Source: Candidatus Thorarchaeota archaeon (GTDB lineage: Archaea > Asgardarchaeota > Thorarchaeia > Thorarchaeales > Thorarchaeaceae). Taken from it: a stretch of 64,000 bases of DNA. The position numbers were made by a program, and so were the translations under genes. Below, in pieces: positions 28,623 through 38,686 of the stretch. Each line of letters starts with the position of its first letter. Position 1 is the first letter of the stretch. The DNA lies in assembly GCA_004524445.1 (NCBI GenBank), contig SDNP01000011.1:1-64000 (forward strand). The letters are read 5' to 3'. The notes under the pieces are model-generated. The model saw only the letters and a list, made by a program, of their open reading frames with translations, was not told the origin of the DNA and ran no database searches.

Positions 28623-28801
28623 CCTCTTTCTTCCTCGTTCACTGGTACACTATCGGGCCAGTTACTTAAGCGGGCATGCCCTTAGCGTTAGCTATGACTA
28701 ACCCATCAAGCATGGCTTGATTAGCTCTTACAACAGTATGAACTTAAGAGAGCTCCAATCAGCAAGAACTGTTGTCAACTTGCAGGATGAGGGCCAAAAG
28801 A

Positions 28802-29452
28802 ATGAACATATCTATTCTCTATGACAATATGGCAAGAGAGGGGTATCGAGCAGACTGGGGGTTCTCATGTTTGATAGACGAGTCACTTCTGTTTGATACA
28901 GGGCGTGATTTGAACATCCTTCTCCACAATATGAATTCTCTTGGCGTTGATTTTAGCAAAATTAAGAGGGTTGTTCTTTCTCATCAACATAGAGACCATG
29001 TGGGTGGGATAGGCATTTTGGAGAAACTTGGTGAGGTAGAAGTATTTCTTCCCTCATCAATATCGAAACCACTTAAAAAATCCATAGAACGATTTGAGGG
29101 GATCAGAGTTGTCGAGGTGTCCGAACCCCAAGATATCACTGACGATGTGATGACTCTTGGCGAATTAGGTACACGAATCAAGGAGCAATCGATTGTTGTT
29201 CAAACAGAAAAGGGAAATTCTCTGATTTGTGGGTGTGCCCATCCCGGACTTGAAGTCATAATGGATAACGCACTTGAGTATGGGCCCCTCTACGGTGTCA
29301 TAGGTGGGTTTCATGATTTTGACCGGCTTCTAGCTCTGGAATACTCGCGTCTTATTGTTCCTTGCCATTGTACTTCAAAGAAGGAAGAAATCAGGACCCT
29401 CTACAAACTGACAAGCAAAGAGTGTGCTGTAGGCAAAGTCATTGAGATATGA
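28802..29452 (+). CDS. Metallo-beta-lactamase-fold hydrolase
   Basis: WGFSCLI, LFDTG, LSHQHRDHVGG, GCAHPG, GGFH, PCHCT. Confidence 0.9.
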   Translation: MNISILYDNMAREGYRADWGFSCLIDESLLFDTGRDLNILLHNMNSLGVDFSKIKRVVLSHQHRDHVGGIGILEKLGEVEVFLPSSISKPLKKSIERFEGIRVVEVSEPQDITDDVMTLGELGTRIKEQSIVVQTEKGNSLICGCAHPGLEVIMDNALEYGPLYGVIGGFHDFDRLLALEYSRLIVPCHCTSKKEEIRTLYKLTSKECAVGKVIEI

Positions 29453-29468
29453 GGTTGAAGACGCATAT

Positions 29469-29810
29469 CTAGCAAGTAAGATGCAAGGCGGCTACAACCC
29501 TTTGCTGTGATTCTTTTTCGTTATATAGAGTGCATGCCTCTTCTGTCTTCCGCGCTATTAGCTGGCAACCAATTTCCTCTATCTTTCTCTTGGTTGCATC
29601 CAAGACTTTCATCCGCCCGTAGTATCCCTTTCCAACAAGCAGCAGATTGGGCTTTGCTTCAACTATTTTGGAGAGGTCATCCGGATGAAGTTCGTGTCCC
29701 TTTTGGCGCCACCAATCAGAATAGACCTGACCAGGCAGAATTATCACATCATTTTGGTATTCTTTTCCATCAATCCGGATTCTTCCGAAGGCGTATTCAT
29801 CGATATGCAT
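29469..29810 (-). CDS. Mth938-like (DUF498) domain protein
   Basis: IDEYAFGRIRIDG..NDVII, WWR..GH, VGKGYYG, TEEAC..YN, AALHLTC. Confidence 0.9.
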   Translation of the reverse strand: MHIDEYAFGRIRIDGKEYQNDVIILPGQVYSDWWRQKGHELHPDDLSKIVEAKPNLLLVGKGYYGRMKVLDATKRKIEEIGCQLIARKTEEACTLYNEKESQQRVVAALHLTC

Positions 29811-29884
29811 ACTAGAGATTAAAGAAGCGTCCCTGTTAAGAGCTCGCAAATAGAAGATTGACCGGAGTACGGGAGAAGGGATTA

Positions 29885-31321
29885 TTAATCCGGGAGAGTT
29901 TTGGCTTCGATGGCGCTATCTTGGGAAACATCTTCGTCTTGATTCTCATCCTCAGTTTGTGTTTTTGATGCGCGTTCTTTAGCTATTTTTTCCAAGTTCA
30001 TGACCGACGGGACAAAGAAGGCAGAAACGCTGAGAGATGCAGTCACTAGACCCGAAATAATGAACCAAATTGGTACGCCAAATGCGTCAGCCACGGGTCC
30101 CGCGAATGCCAATCCAATTGGAGTCATGGCAGTAGCACCGCTGATTATAAGCGAGAAGACTCGGCCCTGCATTTCTGGAGGGATAGTAGCCTGCATGATA
30201 GCTATGACTGATCCATTGAATATGGGGTTCATAAACCCAGCAACGAGCAGCAATAAGAAGGCTATTTCTACAAAGTCACTTGGCAGGGTACCAACGAAGA
30301 ACAGAGCAGCTCCTTGAATTGCTAGAGCTCCCATTCCGGTTTTTACTCGGTTCTCAGTTCCCCCCCAAATACCAAGAATCGCGCCTCCGGTTACCATGCC
30401 CAAAGCAAAGGCCGACTGCATAAAGGCCAGAGTAGTTGCGTCCCCTCCAAAGTAATTTATTACAAGCAAAGGGAGCAATGAGAACGCAGGGGTTGCTATG
30501 AGGTTGAGAATCATCGCGAAGACAATCAATAAGAGCGCCCCAGTCCATCCCTTGAGAAAACGTAGCCCATCTGCCATATCAGATAAGGGAGATTGTTTCT
30601 CTGAATCGGGGGCCGCCTCCGGTTGCGGAATGTGTATTGCTGCTACGGAAACCACAGCAAAGAATGCAGTCACTATATCGATTGCGAGAATACTCTCTAG
30701 CGGAAATAGAACATAAAGAACCGCTCCGATGGGAGGAGCAAGCACATTGATAACGCCTTGGAGGGATTGGTTTATGCCACCAATTCTAGAATAATGTTCC
30801 TCAGGGACCATAAGCGTCGTTGAGGCTTGCATAGCTGGAAAATGGAAGGAACCTAGGAACGAAGAGACAAGCATTATCAAGTAGATATGCCAAACCTCTT
30901 GGATATTGAGATAGAATAGCAGAGCGAGAATCCCGATTGTTGCTGCAATCAGCGTATCAGAGACCATCATTACCCGCTTTCGATTCCAACGGTCTACATA
31001 TGAGCCAGCAAACGGGCCAACTATAATTTGGGGCAACAAGAACATAATAGACGCAGTCGCCAAAACGGTGGCGGACCCGGTGGCGAGGGTTATCCACCAA
31101 ATCACTGCAAAGCGAACAAGCCTGCTCCCAAATAGAGACACAGCTTGACCGCCCCACATAACAGCAAACGAACGAAGCGATTTTTGTTGTGCATCGGTCT
31201 CCAACTCCGGTTCCTCAATAGCAGATCCAACTGTTTTCAACGACAACGACCTCTCTTTCATCGGAAGGCAGACTTCATTTAAGGCATAAGAAATATGCAA
31301 TGTCTGCTGTATTGAGGACAT
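29885..31321 (-). CDS. MFS transporter (DHA3/MefA-like subfamily)
   Basis: WGGQAVSLFGS, AGSYVDRWNRKRVM, FPAMQAST..VP and QATIPPEMQGRVFS. 12 TM. Real start probably downstream of 31321. Confidence 0.9.
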   Translation of the reverse strand: MSSIQQTLHISYALNEVCLPMKERSLSLKTVGSAIEEPELETDAQQKSLRSFAVMWGGQAVSLFGSRLVRFAVIWWITLATGSATVLATASIMFLLPQIIVGPFAGSYVDRWNRKRVMMVSDTLIAATIGILALLFYLNIQEVWHIYLIMLVSSFLGSFHFPAMQASTTLMVPEEHYSRIGGINQSLQGVINVLAPPIGAVLYVLFPLESILAIDIVTAFFAVVSVAAIHIPQPEAAPDSEKQSPLSDMADGLRFLKGWTGALLLIVFAMILNLIATPAFSLLPLLVINYFGGDATTLAFMQSAFALGMVTGGAILGIWGGTENRVKTGMGALAIQGAALFFVGTLPSDFVEIAFLLLLVAGFMNPIFNGSVIAIMQATIPPEMQGRVFSLIISGATAMTPIGLAFAGPVADAFGVPIWFIISGLVTASLSVSAFFVPSVMNLEKIAKERASKTQTEDENQDEDVSQDSAIEAKTLPD

Positions 31322-31374
31322 ATATCTGCTTCTCTGGGGAGCATCATTTTTACAACTAAGATAAACGCGACCGC

Positions 31375-31614
31375 TTATTCTAAGCGAGGGGATGCAATAT
31401 CATCGAATTTTGTTTGCTTAAGGGGAGAGAGTCGGTCATGGCTCCATAGTAGAATCACAATCACGACTATAATCACGTTGACGGTCATTGTACAAATGGA
31501 TGGAATTGACAAACCTGATAGAATCAATAATGGGCCCAAGGCATTTACTCCTGCGTGGTATAGCGTTACAGCACGTAGGCTTCCGTTAGTGGAGTTGTAT
31601 AACCAAGTGTACAT
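31375..31614 (-). pseudogene. C-terminal remnant of a CPBP/Abi (CAAX-protease-like) gene
   Basis: YTWLYNSTNGSL..V.LYHAGVN is the CPBP motif-4 region. The upstream EE..R motifs are absent and that space is occupied by a divergent gene. Confidence 0.6.
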
Positions 31615-31624
31615 CGTTGTGGCG

Positions 31625-32161
31625 ATGATTATGTCATACCAAATACATAATCAATGGATTGGAGGAAGGAAGTTCGGTGCAAACGTGTTGAGTTCATTTG
31701 CTTTCCTCAGATCATGGTCATGGATTTTGAGATACTGGCTAGTAGTCTATGCGACCCTCACAATAATCGGAATAATAGGAACAGCATTCTATGGACCCCT
31801 AATGTACCTCATTCCCTTTCTGTTTGGTGTTCCCCTAGTGATAATTCCAATGACCTATAGAAACCTTGTTGGAGGAGGTTGTAGTCTAAAATTCGGCATT
31901 TGTGCATTAGTAAAAGGGATTCTAGCTGGAGTGGTCTTTGCGGGGCTTTCGCTGTTTGCCAATTATGTTATCTTTTCTACGATTCATCTCGCACAGGGCC
32001 TCAATTTGATGCCCTCCATCCAATCCATTACTCCTACATATCAGATTTGGTTAGTTAGTGCTGCAATAGGTGGTTTTGCTGCGAGAATAGCAGAAGTGAG
32101 AGGCCATACCGCTGATTATCACTACATGGTTGATGCTTTAGTGGAGCATTCTAAGGATTGA
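31625..32161 (+). CDS. Hypothetical membrane protein
   Basis: About 4 TM segments. Start moved past the CPBP remnant. Confidence 0.65.
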   Translation: MIMSYQIHNQWIGGRKFGANVLSSFAFLRSWSWILRYWLVVYATLTIIGIIGTAFYGPLMYLIPFLFGVPLVIIPMTYRNLVGGGCSLKFGICALVKGILAGVVFAGLSLFANYVIFSTIHLAQGLNLMPSIQSITPTYQIWLVSAAIGGFAARIAEVRGHTADYHYMVDALVEHSKD

Positions 32162-32387
32162 GTTAAATCCATGTCCAATCAAGGAGCAAGAAATCCGTCC
32201 CCACATGACCCAGAATTCCCGTTTCAAGTACATCATGATAGAATATCGCCAATTCCAATCCTAATTTTGGAATTACTGACGATAAATCCTATAGAAAAGA
32301 CAGGAAGAAGCTCTATATATTTAAGAATCAATTTGCTCAAGTTCGTAACTGATGGAATCGGATTCAGACCTTTAGGAGAATAGACAA

Positions 32388-35300
32388 TTGATAGTCCGTA
32401 GGCGGTTCTTTGCCGTCACTATTATGGCTCTACTCTCGCTTTATGCTGTGGGGAGTATAGCTAAAAGTTTCGTGAATACGGGACAATCTGAGAGTATTAC
32501 GCCGAGTTCCGAATTCTTTGATGAAACTCGCTTACGAAAGGAAGATGATTCTTCTGATTCTTTGTCGAAATACTCATTGTCTGACTCTGCACTCACCGGC
32601 ACTCTGGACCCTGTAGAAGTTGAACAATCTGGATTCATAGCGACAGGAAGCACATTTGCAAGAACAGACAATAGTTTCAATACAAATACTACACTCGGGA
32701 TTGATAGGGCAAATGGATGGTTGGCTAGCCAAGCAGAAGCACAAGTGTGGGGTCTTGAGAGAAGGTACGCTATTAACGGGACATTTGACGATGGCATACC
32801 TGGAACGTACGCTATGGTAAATGAAACTCCTGTCTACTATCCGTATGGTTGGAGCCCGAGCTACACCACTACAAACACTGGCCAAGCACAAGTAGCCGGA
32901 TACGATGATTCAGGATATGCAATCTTGGAAAATCAAGGAAATAAGGAGGGCCCGAGTGGGAACAAGTATACACATTATGCTGGCACGAAGATTCTCTGGA
33001 ATCAAGAAATCACCAATCAGCCCTACACAAAGAACTTCACACTAAACCTGAGATATCTGTACTCAAGAGGCCCCTTGGGTTCAGGAGTTCCTGGAGATTG
33101 TTCACTATCAGTGTTTGTCAATGATTCAGTAGTCTGGAGTCAGGCACTCCCTGATGTCGCAGGAAGGGGAATATGGATAGAAACTGGTGAAATTCCAATC
33201 AATATAGCAGATGCAGGAAATACCCTAGAATTTGCAGTTGGTATTGTGATAGATGAAACAATGGCTTTGAATGCCGAGGAGGATTATAACGGGGATGAAA
33301 TGGCAGAGGGGATCTCAAATACAGTCTATGTCACCGTCAATATCGATGAAATCTCCTTTGTGGGCCTAAATCCCCCCTCATTTGAAGAAGTTGATTTTAA
33401 TTTTTCCGCGGGCAATCAAACCACTTCGGTCACAGGTGCGTCTGGCAATGGAACTGCACTCATTTCCAAGAGTGACTATTGGTCTGTCGAGCAGTTGGAC
33501 ATTGCCTTTACTTCTAATGTCAGCGTATCTTTCAATTATGATGCCTATTTACTCGAGCACAGGTTCCTCAACTCCAGCTTCACAACTAACACACATCAAT
33601 TTGGTGTGAAGTACAGCATCTCGCATAATCAAAGTGCAAACCTCGAGTTATTCACATATGTTGGAACACAAGGCGAGTTTTTGGAATTCAACGTAACGAT
33701 CAGGTATCCTACAGATTGGGAAAATGCAACTATCTACTCCCCGTTCTCAATCGATGTGACGACACAATGTCAAATAACGGAGGGTGAAGTGCGTATTCCA
33801 ACAAGCCTTCTGGAAGATTTGGGTTGGTGGGATGTGGAGCTTCAGTCGCCAAATTATGCAAAATCTCTCAAAACCCAGATATATGACGATTCGACAGGCT
33901 GGACGGATGCTGTACTATTTAGGCCAGGAAACACAACCAGAACATCAGTAGAGATAGGTACAACAGTAGAAACACCATCCATCTCTAATCCTGTAAATCT
34001 AACATGGTATCTGCCTAATGGTACTATTTGGTGGGATGAATCGACTACATCCGGAACTGCGGGATCTTTGAATTCTAGTCCAGTAGCGTTCGGCCCGACC
34101 AATACGACAGCCGGACCATGGAGCATTGAGATAGTTTGGTCAAACGGAACAGAAGTGGCTTATTCTTCCATTTCGTTTGCACTATATCATCAAGCCACCT
34201 TGACCCCCGTTTATAGCTTAATCGAGGGCGACGTTGATGAAACAATCACCAACGTTCTGCGATTTGAAGACATATATTCTGGAGATTATCTGATGGCCGA
34301 TGATGCTAACGTAATCGGCAATTGGTCTGGCACTTGGGTAGATTTCATCCCCAACGTTGTAAAGAATTGGTGGGAGGGAGATTTCGATACTACAATTGTT
34401 GGCGGCGGGAACTTTACCGTACTTGTAAATGCGTCAAAGCCATTCTATGATGATACAAGTTGCTTGTTCCAAATCACTTCCATATATGCCACTGAAATGC
34501 AAACTGATGCTCCCTCTGATGTCCCAGCAGAAATCAATTTCAATGAACACTATTTGGTCAATATATCGTACAATCTCTCAAATGGCACTGGCATTGTAGA
34601 TGCGACGATTGGTGTTGATTATACCGGACCAACGGGTGGACTGGACATAGATTCTCCAGTTCCTCAAACAACAGGAGAATACCAGCTAGAAATAACAGGA
34701 CGCCAAACAGGAACGTATGTCATATCAATCGAGGCGTCAAAGGATTTCCACCACAGTCAAACTGATTCATTCACCCTAGAGGTATTAGAGGCGCCTACCA
34801 CGCTCACTCAATTGAATGGTACAGCGGATTCTGTCAGATATGGTCAGGATTACAGATATGTCGTCAAATATGAGAATTCATCAGGAATCGGTCTAGAGAG
34901 TGCAGATATTAGTATAAGTAGCATAGACCCCTCAGTGGGCCTTGGTTTCAGTCCCACATCTGAGATCGGCGGGGGTTACTACTCTATATTGTTTAGCCCA
35001 ACAGATACCTCAACATTCACAATTGTAGTCAAAGCAAACTTATCAAACCATCAGACTCGCTTTGTCACTTTTACACTAACGGTATCCACTGTGCCAACTA
35101 CATTGGCTTTGAATGCTACAAGCGAAACAATCTCCATTCAAGAGGTATTCGTTTTAGGACTAACCTTCATGGATGATTCTGGAGCTGGCATTCCTGGTGC
35201 GACTATCACAGCCCAAAACCCACCGGCCGACCTTCATATTTCATCGGCGACTGATTATGGTGATGGAAACTATTCGATAGTCATAGATCCATTCTATTTC

Positions 35301-38246
35301 GGGACCTATCTACTCACTTTCTCTGCGTCCAAAACAAACCATCAAACTGCAGCAAACTCCTTTTCGCTGATTGTTGACTCTGTCGGAACATCTTTGCTTC
35401 GACCAAACGGAACTGCAGACTCAATTTCATTTGGCGAAGACTACCACCTCTTTGTAAGATATGTCAATAGTTCTGGATACGGCATAGAGGGCGCCAGTAT
35501 TTCGGTGGTAGATACATCTCCTGAAACAGGGCTTGCCATAGGGGCTACCCAGGACGAAGGCGATGGATTTTACTCGATTCTTCTCTCGCCTAGCTTAACA
35601 GATACCTATAATCTGGTGATTGAAGCTAATTACACCAATCACAAAGTGCAATATGTTACCTTCACTCTAACCGTCAACGATATACCAACTTCATTATTCC
35701 TGAACATATCGAGTATAACCATCTCCGTAAATGATCAGCTCGTAGTTGGGCTTATATTTGAGGACGAGTCCGGGACAGGCGTTCCAGGGGCGGTCATCAC
35801 TCCACAGAGTCCTCCATCTGAACTTTCATTCTCCGCCACCACTGACTATGGTGATGGTAACTACTCATTGGTTATCAATCCGATTTATTTTGGAAATTAC
35901 CTACTAACGTTTTCAGCATCTAAAGCAAATTATCTAACGGGATATGACTCATTCTCACTAACCGTTGATGAAGTAAACACAGTTTTGTTGCGGCAAAACG
36001 GAACAGCGGATTCCATCAAGTTTGGTGAAACCTATAATCTTGTTGTGAGATACGAAAATAGCTCGGGATATGGTATAGAGGGCGCATCTATCTCAATCTC
36101 CAGCATATCACCCGAGGAAGGCTTAGAAATTGGAATCACAGATGATCTCGGCGATGGCTACTACTCCATTCTGCTAACTCCCACAACCGCTGATACATAT
36201 ACACTTGTAGTCAAAGCAAATATTACAAATCATAAGGTTCAGTTCGCCACGTTTTCCCTAACTATTAGTGAAATCCCAACTAGTCTAACTCCCTCACCGT
36301 CGAGCGCAACAATTGCTGTTGATTTGATGCAGACGGTTCTACTCACATTCGAGGATGAGGAATCCAATGAGATAGAAGGTGCTACGATAACTGTACTGAA
36401 CCTTCCTGATGGCCTGACCGTTTCGCAAATCGAAGAGGTGGATAATGGGGTCTACCGTGTCATTCTTGACCCCAATGATGTCGGCACCTATTCGCTATCA
36501 CTAAGGGCGACTCTCGTCAACTATCAAAACTCGACAGTTGGGTTCAGCCTGACGGTAAGAGAGATTCCAACTGACTTGTTGTTCATGGGTGGTGGTTCAG
36601 CAGCATCCGTAAACTTCTCTGACCCCTACACGCTAGAGCTGATTTATGCAAGAACAGACCTTGGGGAGAATGTAACTGGAGCGACCATCAATATCACAAT
36701 AAGCCAAGCAAATGGACCAGATTTCACTCTCACAACTCTTGGTGAGCTATACGCGATAACATTTGATACTTCAATTACTGGTTCTTGGACCATCACTATC
36801 CAAGCCGGTAAAGAGAATCATGAGAAGAAGAGTCGTGAATTCCAGTTGGCCATCGAAGCTGTTGAAACTAGCATTACAGATATCACATTGCAGGATGAGC
36901 TACTCTACGACCATACGTATGTATTCGATTACTATTACCTCATTGATTGGAATAACACGGGCATCGACCAAGCTCATGTGACAGTGTCCGGAATTGATGC
37001 TGATTGGGTAGAGGTAATACCCAAGGGAGACGGACTTTACACCATTAGTCTGACACCAACAAGCCTAGGACGACACTCGGCAGCCTTTCTTTTTGATAAG
37101 CCAGGTTATGTCAAGCAAAGAACAACTCTTCGTTTTGATGTGGAACAGGTAACAATCGGTATCGAAATCCTTAGTGAGCTCTCAGGCAATGCCGAATCTA
37201 CCAAGACGTTAGAGCTCAGAATATACGAAATTGATAGCGGAAACGCAGTTTTGAATGCCACCGCAACGTATCTTGTTATAGGATCTGAGAGTGGTTTGCT
37301 GGAACAGGGATTATTTACTGAAATGGGAGATGGTATCTACCGCGCCACATTCGCGATGCCTCCGGCAGATGATGAGGGTTATAGCTTAGAAGTCACCGTC
37401 AATAAGCCAAATCATGTGTTGGGTGCTTCGTTTGGCACATATTCATTGAATCCCTATCTTAGTCAGGACCAAGTCTTGAATCAAATCATTCGAACATATG
37501 TTATTCCGCCAGCGGTGTTGGTGGTAGGTCTTATAGTTGCTTATGGGGGATATCTTATCTACAGGAGAAGGAGAAGGGATGAAATCATCAAGCAGAATAT
37601 TATCAAGAATATATTCAAGGATGCACAGAATCTCCTTGGAGCCTTGATACTCCATAGGAAGAGCGGAGTTCCTCTATATTCACGCATTATTAAAGGAGGC
37701 TTGGATGAAACGGTTGTTTCTGCATTTATTACCGCCATAACCCAGTTCAAGGCAGAATTCGACTTGGAAACAATTGGTGATGAATATGATGTTACCCCCA
37801 TCTCAGATTTGATACGAATTGTACCCACAAGGAATTTGATATGCGCATTCATCGTATTGAGAGACCCCAGTGAGCGACAGAAGCAAATGATGAAGGAATT
37901 CGCTCGGCAAATTGGATTCATTTGGGATGACATATATCAAGACACACCATCCGAAATTCTTGATGATGCATCCAAGCGTCAATTCGATGAGTTATTCGAT
38001 AACCTGTTAGATGGATCATTATTGAAGACTCACAAAATTGTTGATGAAAATGAGTTGCCTAGGCGAATGAAGTGTGTGCAAGAGGGTCTGGATAGAATTG
38101 ATGAGGATCAATTCGAATTGCATGACTTGGCACAAGAGATTACAGCTTGTGGACTTGAAGAGGGAAAGGCCTACAGCGTAATCATGGACGCATTACAAAA
38201 CAATGTGATAATAGAGAAAGACGATGGGTCCTCCTCCAGTGAGTAG
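32388..38246 (+). CDS. Giant type-I membrane protein: extracellular Ig-like repeats, single TM, cytoplasmic longin/roadblock-like domain
   Basis: Signal/anchor and repeated ~100-aa beta domains (T.L..., G.GI.GA.I, D.GDG.YS.). TM YVIPPAVLVVGLIVAYGGYLIY + RRRRR, then LILHRKSGVPLYS..DETVVSAFITAITQF. Confidence 0.85.
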   Translation: MIVRRRFFAVTIMALLSLYAVGSIAKSFVNTGQSESITPSSEFFDETRLRKEDDSSDSLSKYSLSDSALTGTLDPVEVEQSGFIATGSTFARTDNSFNTNTTLGIDRANGWLASQAEAQVWGLERRYAINGTFDDGIPGTYAMVNETPVYYPYGWSPSYTTTNTGQAQVAGYDDSGYAILENQGNKEGPSGNKYTHYAGTKILWNQEITNQPYTKNFTLNLRYLYSRGPLGSGVPGDCSLSVFVNDSVVWSQALPDVAGRGIWIETGEIPINIADAGNTLEFAVGIVIDETMALNAEEDYNGDEMAEGISNTVYVTVNIDEISFVGLNPPSFEEVDFNFSAGNQTTSVTGASGNGTALISKSDYWSVEQLDIAFTSNVSVSFNYDAYLLEHRFLNSSFTTNTHQFGVKYSISHNQSANLELFTYVGTQGEFLEFNVTIRYPTDWENATIYSPFSIDVTTQCQITEGEVRIPTSLLEDLGWWDVELQSPNYAKSLKTQIYDDSTGWTDAVLFRPGNTTRTSVEIGTTVETPSISNPVNLTWYLPNGTIWWDESTTSGTAGSLNSSPVAFGPTNTTAGPWSIEIVWSNGTEVAYSSISFALYHQATLTPVYSLIEGDVDETITNVLRFEDIYSGDYLMADDANVIGNWSGTWVDFIPNVVKNWWEGDFDTTIVGGGNFTVLVNASKPFYDDTSCLFQITSIYATEMQTDAPSDVPAEINFNEHYLVNISYNLSNGTGIVDATIGVDYTGPTGGLDIDSPVPQTTGEYQLEITGRQTGTYVISIEASKDFHHSQTDSFTLEVLEAPTTLTQLNGTADSVRYGQDYRYVVKYENSSGIGLESADISISSIDPSVGLGFSPTSEIGGGYYSILFSPTDTSTFTIVVKANLSNHQTRFVTFTLTVSTVPTTLALNATSETISIQEVFVLGLTFMDDSGAGIPGATITAQNPPADLHISSATDYGDGNYSIVIDPFYFGTYLLTFSASKTNHQTAANSFSLIVDSVGTSLLRPNGTADSISFGEDYHLFVRYVNSSGYGIEGASISVVDTSPETGLAIGATQDEGDGFYSILLSPSLTDTYNLVIEANYTNHKVQYVTFTLTVNDIPTSLFLNISSITISVNDQLVVGLIFEDESGTGVPGAVITPQSPPSELSFSATTDYGDGNYSLVINPIYFGNYLLTFSASKANYLTGYDSFSLTVDEVNTVLLRQNGTADSIKFGETYNLVVRYENSSGYGIEGASISISSISPEEGLEIGITDDLGDGYYSILLTPTTADTYTLVVKANITNHKVQFATFSLTISEIPTSLTPSPSSATIAVDLMQTVLLTFEDEESNEIEGATITVLNLPDGLTVSQIEEVDNGVYRVILDPNDVGTYSLSLRATLVNYQNSTVGFSLTVREIPTDLLFMGGGSAASVNFSDPYTLELIYARTDLGENVTGATINITISQANGPDFTLTTLGELYAITFDTSITGSWTITIQAGKENHEKKSREFQLAIEAVETSITDITLQDELLYDHTYVFDYYYLIDWNNTGIDQAHVTVSGIDADWVEVIPKGDGLYTISLTPTSLGRHSAAFLFDKPGYVKQRTTLRFDVEQVTIGIEILSELSGNAESTKTLELRIYEIDSGNAVLNATATYLVIGSESGLLEQGLFTEMGDGIYRATFAMPPADDEGYSLEVTVNKPNHVLGASFGTYSLNPYLSQDQVLNQIIRTYVIPPAVLVVGLIVAYGGYLIYRRRRRDEIIKQNIIKNIFKDAQNLLGALILHRKSGVPLYSRIIKGGLDETVVSAFITAITQFKAEFDLETIGDEYDVTPISDLIRIVPTRNLICAFIVLRDPSERQKQMMKEFARQIGFIWDDIYQDTPSEILDDASKRQFDELFDNLLDGSLLKTHKIVDENELPRRMKCVQEGLDRIDEDQFELHDLAQEITACGLEEGKAYSVIMDALQNNVIIEKDDGSSSSE
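34790..36570 (+). repeat. Three tandem 591-bp (197-aa) two-domain repeats inside the giant protein
   Basis: NGTADS codons at 34815, 35406 and 35997, an exact 591-nt period. Boundaries approximate. Confidence 0.85.
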
Positions 38247-38275
38247 GACGTAACATACTCCACACAGGAATGGTT

Positions 38276-38533
38276 CTACTCCGCCCATTGAGTTTTTGAG
38301 AATTCTATTGCATCTGTGACTCCCTGTGTGAAATCCTCAGACTCGCATTCCAAGGTGTACATCACGAATCCGTCATAAGCAAAGAAATGCATTCATCGTA
38401 CGTGATAGACTATATCTGGTTGCGCAATCTGGATGAGGTCAAGGAACTCTCTTTTTCTGAGTTTTACGCGATAAGAACTGGTATGTGCCATTGCAGCTGC
38501 TGTTACTCCTGCACCACCTCCTGAATACGCCAT
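38276..38533 (-). pseudogene. 85-codon gene interrupted by one in-frame TGA (nonsense mutation, error or recoding)
   Basis: AGGTGA SD. MAYSGGGAGVTAAAMAHTSSYRVKLRKREFLDLIQIAQPDIVYHVR*MHFFAYDGFVMYTLECESEDFTQGVTDAIEFSKTQWAE. TGA at 38393-38395. Confidence 0.55.
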
Positions 38534-38686
38534 GTTCTGGGTTCACCTTCTGAATGAGGTTGCGTTTCGATAGACAATAATTGCTGTCAGCGTAAAGTGG
38601 CAATTAACGAATTAGGTGTGGGATTATGGTGGGGGTTATCCTAAAATCTAAATTCCCCTGAAATAAGGTGATAGTGAGGAAAGGAT

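Noticed and set aside
29885-31321. MefA-like MFS as a macrolide resistance gene
   Set aside because: Only family-level similarity, no mobile context and substrate unknown.
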